Source of the DNA: Hemiscyllium ocellatum
Lineage: Eukaryota
Length of the DNA: 64,000 nucleotides
Direction of reading: 5' to 3'
NCBI RefSeq assembly: GCF_020745735.1
Contig: NC_083443.1
Location: 33,612,937-33,676,936 of the forward strand
The notes beneath the pieces were generated by a model. The model saw only the letters and a program-made list of their open reading frames with translations, was not told the origin of the DNA and searched no databases. The translations under genes and the position numbers were made by a program. Below are positions 63,879 to 64,000 of the stretch, one piece after another (positions within the stretch are counted from its first letter, which is position 1; every line of letters starts with the position of its first letter).

Positions 63879-64000
63879 AGTTACAAATCACACAACACCA
63901 GGTTATAGTCCAACAGGTTTAATTGGAAGCACTAGCTTTTGGAGCACTGCTCCGTGTACTCCACAACCACCTGATGAAGGAGCAGCACTCCGAAAGCTAA
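63879..64000. mobile_element. Penelope-like family B fold-back element with a hammerhead core (63971-63999)
   Basis: CAC-CUGAUGA-A-GGAG(CAGCA)CUCC-GAAA-GC-UA; inverted arm tagcttttggagcactgctcc at 63933-63953; reaches the window edge. Confidence 0.72.

Noticed and set aside
1-64000. Prokaryotic systems (CRISPR arrays, operons, defence loci)
   Set aside because: The DNA is intron-exon vertebrate sequence; no regularly spaced repeat-spacer array was seen, and the palindromes are dispersed transposon copies.

Overview
Eukaryotic, repeat-rich vertebrate DNA. The repeat families (HE1-type tRNA/V-SINEs, HER1/CR1 LINE tails, Deu-type SINEs) point to a shark, possibly a bamboo/carpet shark (inference). 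Two intron-containing genes lie tail-to-tail. (1) On +, the last 11 coding exons (992-16622) of an ABCG2-like half ABC transporter. It is probably an abcg2b/c-type paralogue rather than the orthologue of mammalian ABCG2: a shifted intron, no ECL3 cysteines and altered pocket residues. (2) On -, 15 coding exons (59752 down to 24925) of USP54, from the C-terminal half of the USP domain to the stop. All exons were built by hand from GT/AG sites and their phases join up. The rest is transposon debris: CR1 LINEs (one 2-kb RT-bearing copy), SINEs, solo LTRs and Tigger-like MITEs. The most striking non-genic signal is a set of about a dozen 150-430 bp Penelope-like elements from three families. Each carries a minimal type-I hammerhead ribozyme core (CUGANGA..GAAA..UH), intact or decayed. 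Most fold back on themselves at the ribozyme, and six are flanked by 14-16 bp target-site duplications. One copy is a direct-repeat unit with a 342-nt ribozyme-to-ribozyme period, resembling a retrozyme. Most short ORFs in the supplied track are spurious.
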